A stretch of DNA of 61,853 nt, counting the filler, from Catajapyx aquilonaris (Eukaryota): assembly GCA_000934665.2 (NCBI GenBank). It is 4 parts of 4 records of this genome, joined end to end, with 100 filler letters (N's around TTAATTAATTAA, not from the genome) between each part and the next. Parts side by side here need not be neighbours in the genome. Positions count along the whole stretch, not along the records: positions 31,028 to 46,401 come from KZ539697.1; positions 46,502 to 61,853 come from JYFJ02007516.1; 2 more parts are not named here. The stretch is one strand, 5' to 3'. The notes below the pieces were generated by a model that was not told the DNA's origin, did not search any database, and worked only from the letters and a program-made list of their open reading frames with translations. The first letter of the stretch is position 1. Each line of letters begins with the position of its first letter. The translations under genes were made by a program, and so were the position numbers. This document shows positions 36,750 through 50,234 of the stretch, piece after piece.

Positions 36750-36992
36750 CATCAGCCTCTTGTATACCCAATCTCACCACTCGAAAGCGACAACGAGTGT
36801 ATGGCGAAATTGGTCCTTTTATAACGACATTCACGCACATATACTCATATCATTTTAGAACCGGTATACGCATGAAATTGATAATCGATTGCCACCTGAA
36901 TAACCAATGGGCTCGTTGCGGCGAGACGGTCATGCGTATATAGATACAGCAAAATCCAAAATGCCATTCCCCCCTTTAATCCGGGCACCCAC
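36561..36992. repeat. ~430-bp duplicated promoter/mini-exon module, copy 1
   Basis: Colinear with 38643-39095. Confidence 0.9.
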
Positions 36993-37718
36993 ATTGGCCA
37001 TTTATACTTTCATCGTTTGCGCATGTTCTGTAAACTTATAAGGTGGACACAGGGTGTCCCAAAAAGCACCTACATCCACACTGAACCGCAAATTATTGTT
37101 CCAAGTGAAAAAAAATGAAACATACTGTAGATAAGTCTACCTACCATTACTAATAATGGTGCAAGTGCAATGAAAATGTGAAATAAATTCATTCTACAAG
37201 GAACATTTGAAGCCTTTTATGCAAAAACAACATAGGCCTATGTCAAAAATTCTCGATAATGAGTTATAGACTTATAGTAGTAGAAGCTGTATATCAGTCA
37301 CAGCTAAACTGTTTCGTTGTCATTCCTAACTCATGTAACTCTGTGTTTACCACTTTCTAGCAACATCACCTATGTATGGGTTCACTCCATCTTGCAGCGA
37401 TTAGATATCGGATATAAACTTGACTACTCCCTGAAAGGAATGAAAAAAAAAAACATTGCATTCAAACGTAACTGTAATTTCCCAGCTCAATTACATTACA
37501 ATTATTTTGCAAAACATTACATAAAGTAGTATAATATTTCCTAATAATTCCAGTCCTAATCCTTGGGGTCTTCAGTCTAACACTAACTGTGTCAGAAAAG
37601 TGATGCATCACTTTCTGACACAGGGGTCGCAGTTTTAGGGGGGGGGGGGNNNNNNNNNNNNNNNNNNNNNNNNNAAATTCCTGTTCAGCGGCAGTACCAT
37701 TTAAATCCGAATTTCCAG

Positions 37719-38360
37719 TCACATTTGCGTCACGCTGTAAAGGAGAATGTATATATAAGTTACTTGCTCACTCAAAAATCTCGTGAACAGTGCGTTACTT
37801 ACACAATGACTGATCGCCACATATAACACAAGGATTAATCCATATATCTCGCAGAGAAGCATGACCTGGACTTCCAATCGGCCGATGATGTACGATGAAG
37901 GTGATATTAGCATTAAAGTAGATATATATGCGGTATTTATGACCAACAACAATATCTGACTAGCTACCCACAGGGCAACTAAAATATCTTCTTTAGCCCT
38001 CCGCACCTGCAAGACATCAATTGCACCGTCATCGTCACACGACCAAGTAAACTCGGGTACATACCTTCTTCAATTTACACCAAATAAGGGAACCAGTTGT
38101 AAGAGTTGCAAACACCCCGCCAATTATGCCCGTTAGCCCGGTCAATATCCACACTGCAAGTAATACAGCCTGTCACATGTAAATAGACAGGATTCATTCG
38201 ACTTACAGCTGGCACCATTCCTCATATTTAAAACGTAAGTCACGATGCCAGAAGCCTCTTCGCATTCGACATCTCTAATTTGGTCTGGCAATGACGAATG
38301 TCCTTTCACGGCCATCGTTACAGTTGCGACTAACAAACAAGTGAGTACCACAAGGAATAG
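37719..38360 (-). pseudogene. Decayed membrane-protein gene A (Cys-rich ectodomain plus two hydrophobic segments)
   Basis: LFLVVLTCLLVATV...ECEEAS..YVLNMRNGASCKS; ILVALWVASQILLLVINTAYISTL...EVQVMLLC; internal stops. Confidence 0.45.
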
Positions 38361-38642
38361 CTAGAAAGAAACCATTATTGGACTAAAATTGTTAGAAATA
38401 AACGCATATTATTACCAGGTGCAGAAAGGTAATGATGACGGCACAGTGTCGGGTACACATTATTCACACAACGACGAACCGTCGCGTCGCGGTCGCAGCA
38501 GGCGGGCGAATCAAACTGAGTAAATAGGTAGCGACATTGTCACTTGACATTTATATAGAAACTATCCAAGGACGAGGTTGGGGTAGGATACGTAGCAAAA
38601 AGTCTTGCAAAAAGTACTAAAAAACGGACAGCCAGTGTACGT

Positions 38643-39095
38643 GCAAAGCATGTACTCACAGCCGAAGTGGCGCCCTCTCGCTGGTCCCGGGCGTTCGATG
38701 GCCCTGGCCGTGCCACTCCCCCTTGATCGGATTTCATCGGGAAACAATGGTCGAATAATAAATCGTGATTTGTGACTACACAGTCACTCATATATACTTA
38801 CGCCTCTCTTAGAACTCTCCACCAGCAGGCTTATATCCTGTTGTATATACTACTGTAGCGTTTCTGATGCTCAGTCTCACCACTCGAAAGCGACAGCCAG
38901 TGTATGGGGCAATTGGTCCTTTTATAATATCACATCCACGCACATAATATACTCATATCATTTTAGAACTGGTACGCATCAAATCGATAATCGATTGCTA
39001 CCTGAACAACCAATAGGCTAGTTGCGGGCGAGACGGTCATGCGTATAGATAGCAAAATGCAAAATACCATTCCCCCCTTTAATCCTGGCGCCCAC
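38643..39095. repeat. ~430-bp duplicated promoter/mini-exon module, copy 2
   Basis: Colinear with 36561-36992; ATG changed to GTG and the acceptor CAG to CCG. Confidence 0.9.
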
Positions 39096-39760
39096 AATGA
39101 GGTTAGGCCCCGCCCTTGACAATACAGTCTGGATACAGGTCGTGCCGTATGCAGAGTCAAATTATGTGGTCAACACCTGGGACTTATTCAGGGCCCGATG
39201 ATGTTAACACCTCCTACGTATTGGCCAATGTGAACCCCGGGCCCGCCTCGCCTCGGCCACTTCTTTTCTCTGTTTCAACCCGTACACACACATTAGCAAT
39301 ACCTTCCACAAACATAAACTCGAATCACGCACGATAAGGAGGGGTAAATCCCGGAATCGGCGTAAAAGAATGCATATAGTTCAACTCCAGAATATAAGGC
39401 ACAGTTTTTTCATATAAAATCGTGGATACAAAAATGCTGCTGTGCTGAGGGAAGAGGAAGTGATTGGCGCTCTTCTCGCCTGCAATTATTAGTACATTAC
39501 GTTATGCATTACACCAATCACACCTCGTTACAACTTACAGTATAGGCCAGCCGATGCGGCCTAAGAATGGTGGTTGACCCCTGTGGGCAGTCTGGGCGCT
39601 TGATATGGAAGCGGAGGTGATGGTGGTGGGAACTGGTGCCGAATAATTGGGGTCATGTTGACACCTGCTGCTGGCACTCCAAATGAGCGCTCCGCGTGAC
39701 AAATTCCAGCAGTGGGGACACTACTGGTCGTTGGCTGTTAAAAATGTGGAGAGAAAAAAA

Positions 39761-40386
39761 TTATGGTCTCCAACAAGTGACTTTTTTTCCTTCTTCCTTT
39801 GATAATTCACCGCACAATCTACTTACACGAGACAGGTGACAAAGGATAACGATTATAGTCGCAAAGGCTTCGTATGCTGTGGCACACAACAGCATTTGAA
39901 TTTCCGCCAAATTTAATGGGGTCACATCTCCCGCAATCAACGTTACCAGATATGCCACCAGAGGTGTTAATATGAAGGCCTGGGAAATTGACCACATCCC
40001 GACAATCAGGCTGGACTGATGAGAGTGTATCTGGAGAAGGAGGGAATCGTCATTAATTTTCGACACACACTACATATCACACCTTACGTGACATGATCCA
40101 ACCGAGTAAGAATGTCATCATCATGTTCATTACCGCAACAATCGCGCCCGTCAGCGACATTATCATCCATACCAGAGAATGGTGGGAAGTGGGTAATTTA
40201 CTTTTACAATTAGTACAGTACCGAAGTTCCAGTAGCTATACGTACCCTCTATTTACATTATGCGATCTCAGTTCAGCCCCTTCCTAGCAATTCTTTCCAG
40301 ACACCTTCTCTTGCAATAGCCGGATCTCGTTGTGACTCGTAACAATTCCGGTTGCCGCAAGAACGACCAGTCCGGCCATTGCCAGC
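39761..40386 (-). pseudogene. Decayed membrane-protein gene B, paralogue of A
   Basis: LAMAGLVVLAATG...NC*EGA...YV*LLELRYCTNCKS; LIVGMWSISQAFILTPLVAYLVTL...AEIQMLLC. Confidence 0.45.
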
Positions 40387-40769
40387 TAAATGTGAAGAAA
40401 ATATATTTTTTTTTTTACAAAAATGCAAGTGACACACGTACCAAATAATCTCTTATAATAAACCAGAGAGTGACTCTGTATGTATACGCCCCCCGGCAAA
40501 AGGCCTCAAACATGAGTGGTCGGGGGCTTTTACAGAGCTAAGGCTGGCACATTGCATGATGGGTATAAAAGGTGAGGAGGGATGATGTAAACGTGTACAA
40601 TCTCTCATCTCTTCCGTCACTTCTACTCTAATATGTACAAGGTGGTGCATATATATACAAATGGGGTCCGTTAACTGGGGCCACATTTGGCCTCAAAATA
40701 ACATAACATTAACACAAACCAGGACCTTGGGGTATGACCCTGGACTAATAGGGTCACACTTGCAAGCGT

Positions 40770-41260
40770 GTAGTAAAACCCACCTATCTTAAATTTTTTT
40801 TACTTTGGACCCTAGTGGCTTAGTCGTCTGGAATTCATAAAAGTATAACATAAAATCTAAGTTCGGTACATCAGAAATGGTTGTGGGATATTCACCACGA
40901 TTCTTACATCCGTCGCAATAGTCCTTCAATTCTGGGAATTTAGCACTATTGAGAATGTGCAAAGTACGGAAATACTTTCTCATTAGACACTGCAAGACTT
41001 AGCAATGGGCACATATTGAAAGGTGGAGGAATTCTTTAACTTTGTGTCTTTGAGCACGTACTGTACAGGTGGAACATACCAGCCCTTTCCTTGAACTACT
41101 GCTGCAGACGTCCTGCTGGGACTTACTGACAACATATGAATGCTTTCGATACACATGGACCCTGAAGGAAGGCACATTTTTAAAAGTGCGTTCACATCCG
41201 TGCATCCCACATCTCATGATAAAGTTGGATTCATATGCATCATTGTATGTTCACGTGTCG
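40770..41260 (-). mobile_element. CACTA/EnSpm-type transposase remnant
   Basis: C2H2 finger CGMHGCERTFKNVPSFRVHVYRKH; DYCDG...LDFMLYFYEFQTTKPLGSKVKK resembles the animal EnSpm motif LxLYxD(D/E)FExxNPLGSxxxxHK. Confidence 0.7.
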
Positions 41261-41442
41261 ACAATACAGGCGAAATTCCTTGCACAGAAATGGCACCGGA
41301 GCACAGAAAGGGCAGACCATCAGCATGGCAGCAGCGAGAATGAACATGAACGCCAGAGCCATTCTTGCCCCTTTGAAAAATTTTCACACCATTAGCTATA
41401 ATTAGTTGCCTCTTATTATTATCGGTTATAACTAAGTGCGTG

Positions 41443-41793
41443 TTATTTCCCGAGAATCGACATTGTACGTTTAACTGTAAAGCAGTCGGCGTATTGTAAG
41501 CCCATAAACCTCCTTCGGCATTTATTAATTCGAAAAGAGGAGTAGTATGAAGCATAAGGATTTTTTGACATGAATTCTTTAAGAGGTGGTCCGTATACAA
41601 CTTCCGCTTCTACGTCAACTTTCGAAGGGACTGTTTCGGTTTGCACCCCTCTATTTATTATGGTGTTGTTCATCAGCGATCTCAAGCCTATCTCTTCTAA
41701 GCATTCTCTTAAGCGTGACAGATGTGCAGAATACATATGACTTAACCGTGAGCTAAAGTCTTTGAAGCTTAGACCACAACTGGGACACGACAC
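41443..41793 (-). CDS. Small C2H2 zinc-finger ORF of unknown origin (GTG start as called)
   Basis: CPSCGLSFKDFSSRLSHMYSAH; RGVQTE motif. Confidence 0.4.
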   Translation of the reverse strand: MSCPSCGLSFKDFSSRLSHMYSAHLSRLRECLEEIGLRSLMNNTIINRGVQTETVPSKVDVEAEVVYGPPLKEFMSKNPYASYYSSFRINKCRRRFMGLQYADCFTVKRTMSILGK

Positions 41794-43009
41794 TGTTCAT
41801 AAAAAACCAGTTGTTCAAACAATAAGCATCTTCATGCTAACAATTGCTTCCATGAAAAGTTGTGAATTAGAATCACAGGTCCTTCCGCCTCTGAAACCTG
41901 GATGGGGCAAACCTCAGCCAGCTCTTGATTGTGTTGCCCACCCCAGACAGGCAGGCACAATGGGTTGGCCTTAACTGCAGCTGAAATACATTAGAGATAT
42001 ATGATGTCGACCAGAATAGGAGGCTGGTCCGTCAAGTGGGTGGTCAATTAACGCACGTGTTTGTATCAACTTTCGAGTGTTTATTTTTTAACACGTTAGT
42101 TATGGTAGAAGAGGTAGGTAGGTTCCAGGGTGGGGATATTCACCGTCAGGGTAAGGCACCAGGCCCCACCCTGACGAAGTGACGTGACGGAATGTTGCTT
42201 GGTTGTGTGGAGCTCAGTCACACTCACGATCTGATTTCGAACTCGAACTCTGCTGAATTTAGTTGGTTATATACTGGCTCTGGATGGCACAACCAGGGGC
42301 TGGCATCCAGAGAAACAGCGAAATTTAGAATGAAGAATGAGTTAATAATTTGCTGAGACGGTCTCTGAGAGCCCATCCCGCTGACACACTAAAAGAAATG
42401 GCCGGATTGGAATGGTAGTGTGTCAGCCCTCTACAGCTGGAGGGATCAGAGACCATCCGTAGAATTCGCTGATCGGGCGAATTCTCACGAAGGTTGTTAG
42501 TGTTGGTAAATAGGAAAGGTAATATATATTATTGGGATAAATAAGGATTGGGGGAATATGGTCTGGGTGTGACAATGACATCACAGTATATTCTGTATAA
42601 TGTCTTAATGTGCATCAAAGAAAATGTTTTCTCCAGTGACCCAGTATCATTTTAGACTCTGAATTTTTTTAAATGAAGAGCTTTCTTGAAGCCTGGTGAT
42701 TATTGTGGCTGTACATTAGGTTTAGGTGTTCCTTGCCCCATTTTTTCATAAGGCAAGTGTGAGATGCGAGCTATACTTTTCAGACTGAATGTATGTTTCA
42801 TATTTTATGTCCAGGAAGGACGGACCATTTATAAACTGCAATCAAAATTTCAATGTTGGTTTATTCATTGCACAATATAAATCTTTTTTCATGTATTCTT
42901 TCCTACATAAAACCTTGTAGTATAAATGTATATTAGAAAGCTTTATTTTGCAAATAACATTTGGCTAAAAGTTTTCCTAATGTGGAACATCAACCTGCAT
43001 GTCACATTA

Positions 43010-43810
43010 ATATGCTCGCCCAGCACAACCGCGGTGACGTTCTTCATGGCTTCAATACTTTCTCTGTTGCCACGTCCGGCCCAATTAATTATTGTGGCTA
43101 GTTCTGGAGATGGTGACGGTGACTCTTCATACCAGTCGTTGTACTCTGGGAGAGACAGGCCAGGTATCTGACTCCTCTACGTTCATCGTATCCATCTCAA
43201 GCCCACGGTCGTCATCTACTCTCTGGGTGTTGGCAGAGGAGAGGTCAGCTCTTCATTCTCTTTCAAAAGAGGAGTGGTCTTTGTCCTGCAATTAAACAAC
43301 ACGACCATAAAAACAATGTACAGAATATATGGCGTGATAATATCTAGCAATTTAGGCATCAATGTACAGCAATTTATACTGCTAGTGACACCGTAACTAT
43401 ACATGTTAGCAGCACATGCACCAATATTCTCAGTGAGTTGGACTAAGATTGACTAAAATGTTGACTTTGACACAACAGCTCCAAAAAATTACATATTTTC
43501 AGCATGGCTAGGCCTCGTTCCTCTCCCTCTTCATGGTCCTCACAATCATCACTTCCTCTTACCTTCCCGCCTGTAGCTCCCCTCCACCATCAAGGGCAAA
43601 ACCCGACGAACCCGTCCTTAATGAGTGCGTCGCAATAAAAGATTGGCAATAAACCATGTGGTCAGCATACCTTTTCGATTGAGTGCGGCCACATCGCACC
43701 AGGCCTGCTCCTTTTTCCGCAGGTCCCTGTACTCCTTCATCTTAATGTTGTAGAGCACTATGTTTCTGCACATCCAGGACCAGCAGCTCATCCTGAACGT
43801 CGGCCATTGT
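43010..43810 (-). pseudogene. MADF (Myb/SANT-like) domain pseudogene, possibly a Harbinger ORF2
   Basis: MADVQDELLVLDVQKH/(frameshift)VLYNIKMKEYRDLRKKEQAWCDVAA fits MADF; downstream exons are decayed. Confidence 0.65.
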
Positions 43811-44338
43811 TGCCTAGTGGGAAAGGTGGCTCTCCGTATGGACCCGTTCTGACACCTCTCCCGACTGAAGCAGTACTGCTTTGGCTCATGTTGCACCATT
43901 GCGCATCATGTCGACGCGGTTAAATTTGAAGGGCAAGGTCGCCACATGCTTGACGCACGAAAAAAGAAGGTTAAGTTACATAACATATTACTCAAAAGGC
44001 TACGCAATAGTACCGAAAATTATTGTAACGTCTACGGCTTACTCAGCAATGGTGACACATGGCAGAGACCTCCCTATGTATATGAGAATCATGAGGGCCA
44101 GCTTTCTTTTAGCTTCTGCATCTATGTCTAGACTAGGTGCAAAGTTATCATCATCATCAAGATCAACATGCTGGAGTGTTCTTCTACGTTCTGCATGGTG
44201 GTGCAGGTAGTGCCAGATGCGTCGGAACTGTCAAGGGATTGATTTTGTTCAGGTAACCTTTTCTTCTGCGCTTGTTCTGGGTGGCACCGCATTATGTGCC
44301 TATAAAAATAATCATATTTTTTCTATGTTTTGGAACAT

Positions 44339-45600
44339 TGTCACGTTGCTCTGTCTTGGTATCCCCTAAATGCCATCTTCCCTTACCAGAGCCTGGGGCG
44401 CTCACATGTTAGGACTTACTTTGCCGAGCCTGAGAAGTCACACGGGTGTCTCACATTAACTAACTCAAGTCGTACAAAACCTACTGGCGTTTATTTACAC
44501 TTCCATACAGTACACTTATACTCAATCTATTCTGCTGTGTACGGTTCCCTTCGTCTGGTCCGCCTCTTCATGGTCTCGTACCAGCCTCAGGTCTTCTCTT
44601 CATCTCGTCTGGTCTTCAACTGCTCTCCACTGCTCCTGCTCTCTGCTTCTTCTCCCTCCCTCTGCTCTCCTTCTGTCAGTGTCCTCCCCTTTTATTTGCT
44701 CGATCACTTCCTCTCAAATTCCCCAGCTTGTGCTCTTGCGTAACCCGGCTTCCGTTTGACGTGTTCGTCTGGTTTGTGGTTATTTACATAACTTCCAGTT
44801 ATCCATATCCGTATATTGGGCCGAGGATTTACGACCCTCGCTGGTGTTGTCAGAGGGCAGGCAACAGCCCCCCCCCCCCCCCCCCCCCNTCGGCCCCAAA
44901 ACGGAGCCTTGGACACTGTGATGCCACCACCCGGAACACCACGTTCCTGGCATGCCTCGGTGTTGTTGCAGCCTCACCACCCTGTCCAGGAACCCCCGAG
45001 CCGGCGTTGCCCAGCTGATCAATGTCGGCCGTAGGAGGACCCGCCGTCACGGTTGGCATCGTACGGGGTCCTATCCCTCCCGCACGCATCTGGTCAAAGA
45101 TGGTCTGATCCCAGGGCCGTACCACCAGGGTCGAGTCCGGAGGCAGCCAACGCCAATCAGAGATCCAGTTATTATTCACCCTCAGTATCTCCATACCCCC
45201 GCTGAAGGCCTCCGGGCAAATGATTCTTGATCCGTGCGGGATGGCGTGTCCAGCCACGTGGAGTGTCACCGGGGATGGCGTCACCTCAGGCTCAGGCAGA
45301 ATGCAGGTGAGGAGGGGTCCGTCTGCCCTGGTACAATCCTCCAGGATCGGAAACAAGCTCCGTAGCGTAACTGGATGTGAGGACTGCATTTTGTAGTGCG
45401 AAGAAAAGAAAAAAGAAGGGAAAAGACTGTACGATTGGTTGGAGATGGAAGAGGTCTGCTTGGGTGAAAATCGGAAGGCACACTGGACAAGGCATTGACG
45501 GACCTTGTCCACCAGGCTGGCGAAAATATGATGACCACTGTGTCGAACCAACGCAGGTACGGGTTCGAAAGTAGAGGTATTTGCGTCGGATGTCAGCGGG
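44339..45600 (-). mobile_element. LTR retroelement 3' end: extra ORF, poly-G PPT and 3' LTR (44866-44339)
   Basis: Minus strand (G)n-C-TGTTGCC ... GTGACA; AATAAA ~44490; open frame 45551-44850 just upstream of the PPT. Confidence 0.6.
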
Positions 45601-47573
45601 AATAAATATTTTTAGGGAATGATTTCAAATAACATATTTAATTCAGCCACGTAAGGCTTTTTGATATATCAGAACGTTACAGTTCACTATTGCACACATA
45701 ATACACTTCGTACATAGTTCACAAGTCAATTAATCCTTCTCTTCCACATTTTGACATTAACAACAACATCTACAATATTCTGCCCATTTTCTACAATACA
45801 TAATGGAATAACTACATTGACACTTGCGTTATCTGTATACCTTAATCATGCACAATACACCTTCTCAACCTATGGTTGTGTGACCCGAGCGGTTGGGTCA
45901 CGCGTGATAAATACACAGTGGGTACTTTCCAGAATGAATTTTATTGACCAATCAGCATCAGGAGGACAAGAGGATATCTCAGGTTAGGGAGAGTTTTTTT
46001 AGGAAGACCAAGAGGTCTGACCAATCGCTCAGATATGCTCCAGGCGACTGGCCTCGATTACAGAATTACACAAGCTTATATCCCCGTGGAGCATTGCATG
46101 TTGGGCGGAAAGAGGCGAGTGGTCACATGACCTGAACCATATGCGACTTTGAACGTAGACAGAGATAGTAGTCAAATGGTGACGAAGTAAATACTTAGTC
46201 AGATATTAACGGGGTTATTCCAGACCATGTAGGTCCTTAAACCCCGGGCCCCACATAGGGCCTATATCATCACTCTAAGTCCCTTTCATCGTGGTCCGCA
46301 CAGGGGCGGACCACCCGTTCGCTTCCAAATCGAACCCAAGCCGTCATAGGGTCGAGACTCGACCATTGGGACGACACCCAGAGGAGCCGCCCGTCCCACG
46401 ANNNNNNNNNNNNNNNNNNNNNNNNNNNNNNNNNNNNNNNNNNNNTTAATTAATTAANNNNNNNNNNNNNNNNNNNNNNNNNNNNNNNNNNNNNNNNNNN
46501 NACACACAAAAGCATGCAGGTTGTAGAAATTGGCCGTCACTGTATGGTTTATCCTACATGAGCAGCAGGTCTGTTTGTGAGGTGCCATTACTGCTCTTAA
46601 ATGACCTCAGTGGACTGATTTGTGACCTAATTCAAGCCAAGGGTTCCAGGTGTCATAACATGGTCACTTTATCATGGTATGGCATTTACACGGCTTGTTT
46701 CTTAAAGAACCAAGAAGCAGTGGGCCATCACGGTAGGGTGGGCCATAACTGTACGGTTTACCCTAATAAAAAATAAAAATGCATTTCCATGTAATCGTAC
46801 ACAAAAGCACAGCTACAGTACATATATGTTAAGCGAAACCATTTTTTCCACCATCCGGATAAAGCTGCCGTCCCCCTTCAATCTTGTCATACTCCAGGAA
46901 TAGGCCTATACAGTACAAGATGATAAGTGATAACCATTCAAGGGTTAGGTAGCATGACTATATACCTGGCAGCTTGACCTTCAGCAGCTTTTCCCATGCC
47001 ATATGACTGCATTATTTTCTGAAGTATAATTTTAAATTTCGTACATTTCCCATCTTGTGGAAATGTAGAAAGAAACATTGGTCAGTTTTAGAATGCTATG
47101 CTATAGGCACTTTCACACCATCCTTCTGGAAGTCAAGCATCGAAGGCAGAGGAAGCATGTGACCTGCATAAGTCCAAGATGGCTGAGAAAGAGATCTACA
47201 TAGCAATCTATCTCCTGCATGTTTTGAATTTGTCTACATATGAGCCTTAGTCACATACATATGGTAAGAGTTAAGGTAAGGTTTACCATGATCACTGTGA
47301 AGCTCTTCACTCTTGATCTTGAATATCCCAAGATGTGTAGGGTCTTCTGTTCAACCAGCATGGACTTAAGGAAATGGATTGTTATATTGTATTTTGGAGC
47401 TACTAAGATTTCTGGAAAACTTTAGAGCTGGACCGTGAGCTAGTCATTACAATGGTCTGCATGAGAAAACAGCAATCACAAGGTCTTTAATATTTCTTCT
47501 GTGGTGGAATTTAGATATAGAACTCTTGTCTGTAAAATGGTTTGTGCTAAGAGCAAGTAAAACCTTGTAATAT

Positions 47574-48039
47574 TGTCACATCCCTACTCCCTGGGTACTC
47601 TGACATGCTCTACACTCACCTGTTCCACCAATCCAACGTTACCTATGCCGATGACCTATGGGGCTTAAAAGGTACACCTCCGATCCTGATGGCTTTTCCC
47701 AAATGATCACACTCGTATTCTCTTTCTCTCTTTTATTTACACTTAACATAAATACACTGAATGGTGTCTTGATCTGTACCTATGACCTAGCTACCAGTCC
47801 CTCTTCTGTAGTCTTCTCCTGGACCCTCAGCTCCAGCTCCAGACCGAGCCGGCAGCTTTCTGGTCTCTTGCGTCAAGCCCAGAGAGACTTACTTATCCGC
47901 CCCTAGTCTTTTATACTCATGTGTGACTTCCGCCCTTGAAGTCGCTCCTGTCACTGAGTCATGTGTGAGTCACTGAATCCTGTGTTCTTCCAGCCACCCC
48001 TTGGTCAAGGGTGATGCATGTGACCATATTATGGTGACA
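47574..48039 (-). mobile_element. Solo LTR
   Basis: TGTCAC ... GTGACA; minus-strand TATAAAA (~47912) followed by AATAAA (~47735); TSD imperfect. Confidence 0.55.
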
Positions 48040-48804
48040 TACTGCAATACTGAAAGAGGGTAGAAAGTGTTAAAATAAATCAGAAAGATTATTGAGTAGA
48101 AATATATGTTACCTGATTTGTTTCTGAAAACAAAAATGGTTGGGAAGAACAACTTCAGCTGGAAGTTTAGAAACATGAAACTTTAAAATAATCATTGTTG
48201 TGTACAGACTTCCAGCACTGGCAGGGCAGGATGAGCTCTGGACGCAGCAGACTCCCACTTGGACCAACAGCGAGAGTGAATCAGGTTACAATGGATTAGG
48301 TACAGGCTGCATGAAAAGTTCTGGGCACATACAATGGGGCTATAACTTTGGCATGCATATGCCAGGCTGCAAGTAACAGGAATAACATTTCACATGTTTT
48401 AAATTTTCTTCATTAAAATCTGACCTGTAACGTCATTAGTTGAGCATTTACATTTAGATGTTGTAGATCCAAATGCCCTTAAGCCCTGCCACCACGGCAA
48501 GGAAGATGCCTTGACAGGGATATCTCTTTTTACAGGCAAAGAAAAACAAACTCAGGCAGGTCTGATAAAATTACACCATGTGAGATAGGACGGTATATAA
48601 ATTTTAATCACAAGATGGTCATTCTGCATTGTTACTTTCCATATTCCTCCCATGTCATAATTTCAAAACCTGAGGTTGCAGAGAAGCCATTTGCTAAAAT
48701 CATACCAAGGGAATTAAAAAATAATATGCATCCAGTGGGCTTCATCAGCTGCAAGGAAAAGCTGTTCACTCAATATACAGTATACACACATTATACACTC
48801 CAGT

Positions 48805-49110
48805 ACCAAAGCAGTGGTGGCGGAGGGGATATGGTATCCGACTGCTAATCGGGAGGTCCTGGGTTCGATCCCCAGGGCCGGCAACCCTAACCGTGGTTTC
48901 CTGTGGTTTCCCACGGTCCCTCCAGGTAAATGCCGGGGTTGTTTCCTAAAATAATAGGCCACAGCTGCTTCCTTCCGTCCCTATCCTATTCCCAAAAGCG
49001 AAGTAAAAATGCAAAGAAAGAGTTCCAGTCAAAACAAAACTCCCCCCTAAAGAGCCGCCAGCTGATAACGGGGTATGATATTATTATTATGTAATTATTA
49101 TTATTATTAT
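48805..49110 (+). mobile_element. SINE family 1 copy
   Basis: Body and tail match 861-1208; TSD TTATACACTCCAGT. Confidence 0.85.
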
Positions 49111-49786
49111 TATACACTCCAGTCTGCCATGTCCCAAACTAAGTATCAGCTTGGTAGCAGTAGTATGCAGACACACTGAAACTGAAACACTATGAAACTT
49201 GCTGAAACACTATGTCTTGGCACTTGGGCTGGTTCTTGAGCTGCAAAACCTTAACGGCTAAGAGGCACTGAAAAAGTTACTGGGTACACCTTGCATGCAT
49301 GCATAAAACGCATTGGCTACCACACTCAGTCCTATGCTTTGACCATCCTCTTCTGCTCTCCTTGTGCTGCTGTCTTGGTTCAGTCTGCATCTGCCAATGA
49401 CAATAACCTTCAGTCAGCTAGTAGTAGTGGTGGTGATGTCTCGATGATATTTGCAAAATCACATGTAGATGGAGCTGTGCTAATTCACTGTGACCCTCAA
49501 GACCATTGCAAAGCCTGCCTATGGCTCTCGGCACTTGGTAGCAGGTGTGCATAGCCTGAGGTGTGAGTCACAAGCTGAAGATGCTTTTGCAATAATTGAG
49601 CCAATGTTGCCTGCCTTGATGACGCTGCCTTGAGGTTGCCATTTGTCAATGCGTATGTCCATTTGTCAATGCGTTGGGACCATTCCAGGTGGGATATGAT
49701 AAGCCCACCCAGGAATGGCACAATGAAAATAAATATGGTTGTTATATTCTGGCATTTATCTTCTACAATGTTACAATATCTAACTC

Positions 49787-50234
49787 AGGGCCGGTTCTGG
49801 GGTTTCCGGCGCCCCCCCCCTCCCCCCCGCAGCCTGAAATTCAGTGCCCTCGTGTTTTAAGACAGCCTCAGTGGCGCACACAGGATTTTTTCGAGGGGGG
49901 GGGGGGGGTGTTCGAAAACGACTGAACTGTAAGTGAGGCGCGTAGGCAGAAAAATTTCTGGGCGGGGGGCATTTAATAAAAGGGCGGGGAGGTAGCCCGG
50001 CGCAGGCGTAAAATTTTGGGATTCAAGGTCACACGAGCTTAGGTGAGTGGGCGATATGAATGGGTGTGTATTTGATGAAATTGGTATGCATTTCTGATGT
50101 ACCGGTACTCCAGGTTCACTCAGTCTGTGTTTTAAATCGTCATGACATATCAATATGAGCCCAATATGCAGGGCCCCTTTTCTTCGGCGCCCCCATGCCA
50201 TACTTAGCCCGCTAAGCGTGTCGCACCGGCCCTG
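49787..50234. mobile_element. hAT-like MITE
   Basis: CAGGGCCGGT ... ACCGGCCCTG termini with GCGCCCC subterminal motifs. Confidence 0.55.

Noticed and set aside
36640..36800. Possible hammerhead ribozyme (minus-strand CTGATGA near 36750)
   Set aside because: No correctly placed GAAA core or supporting stems on the same strand
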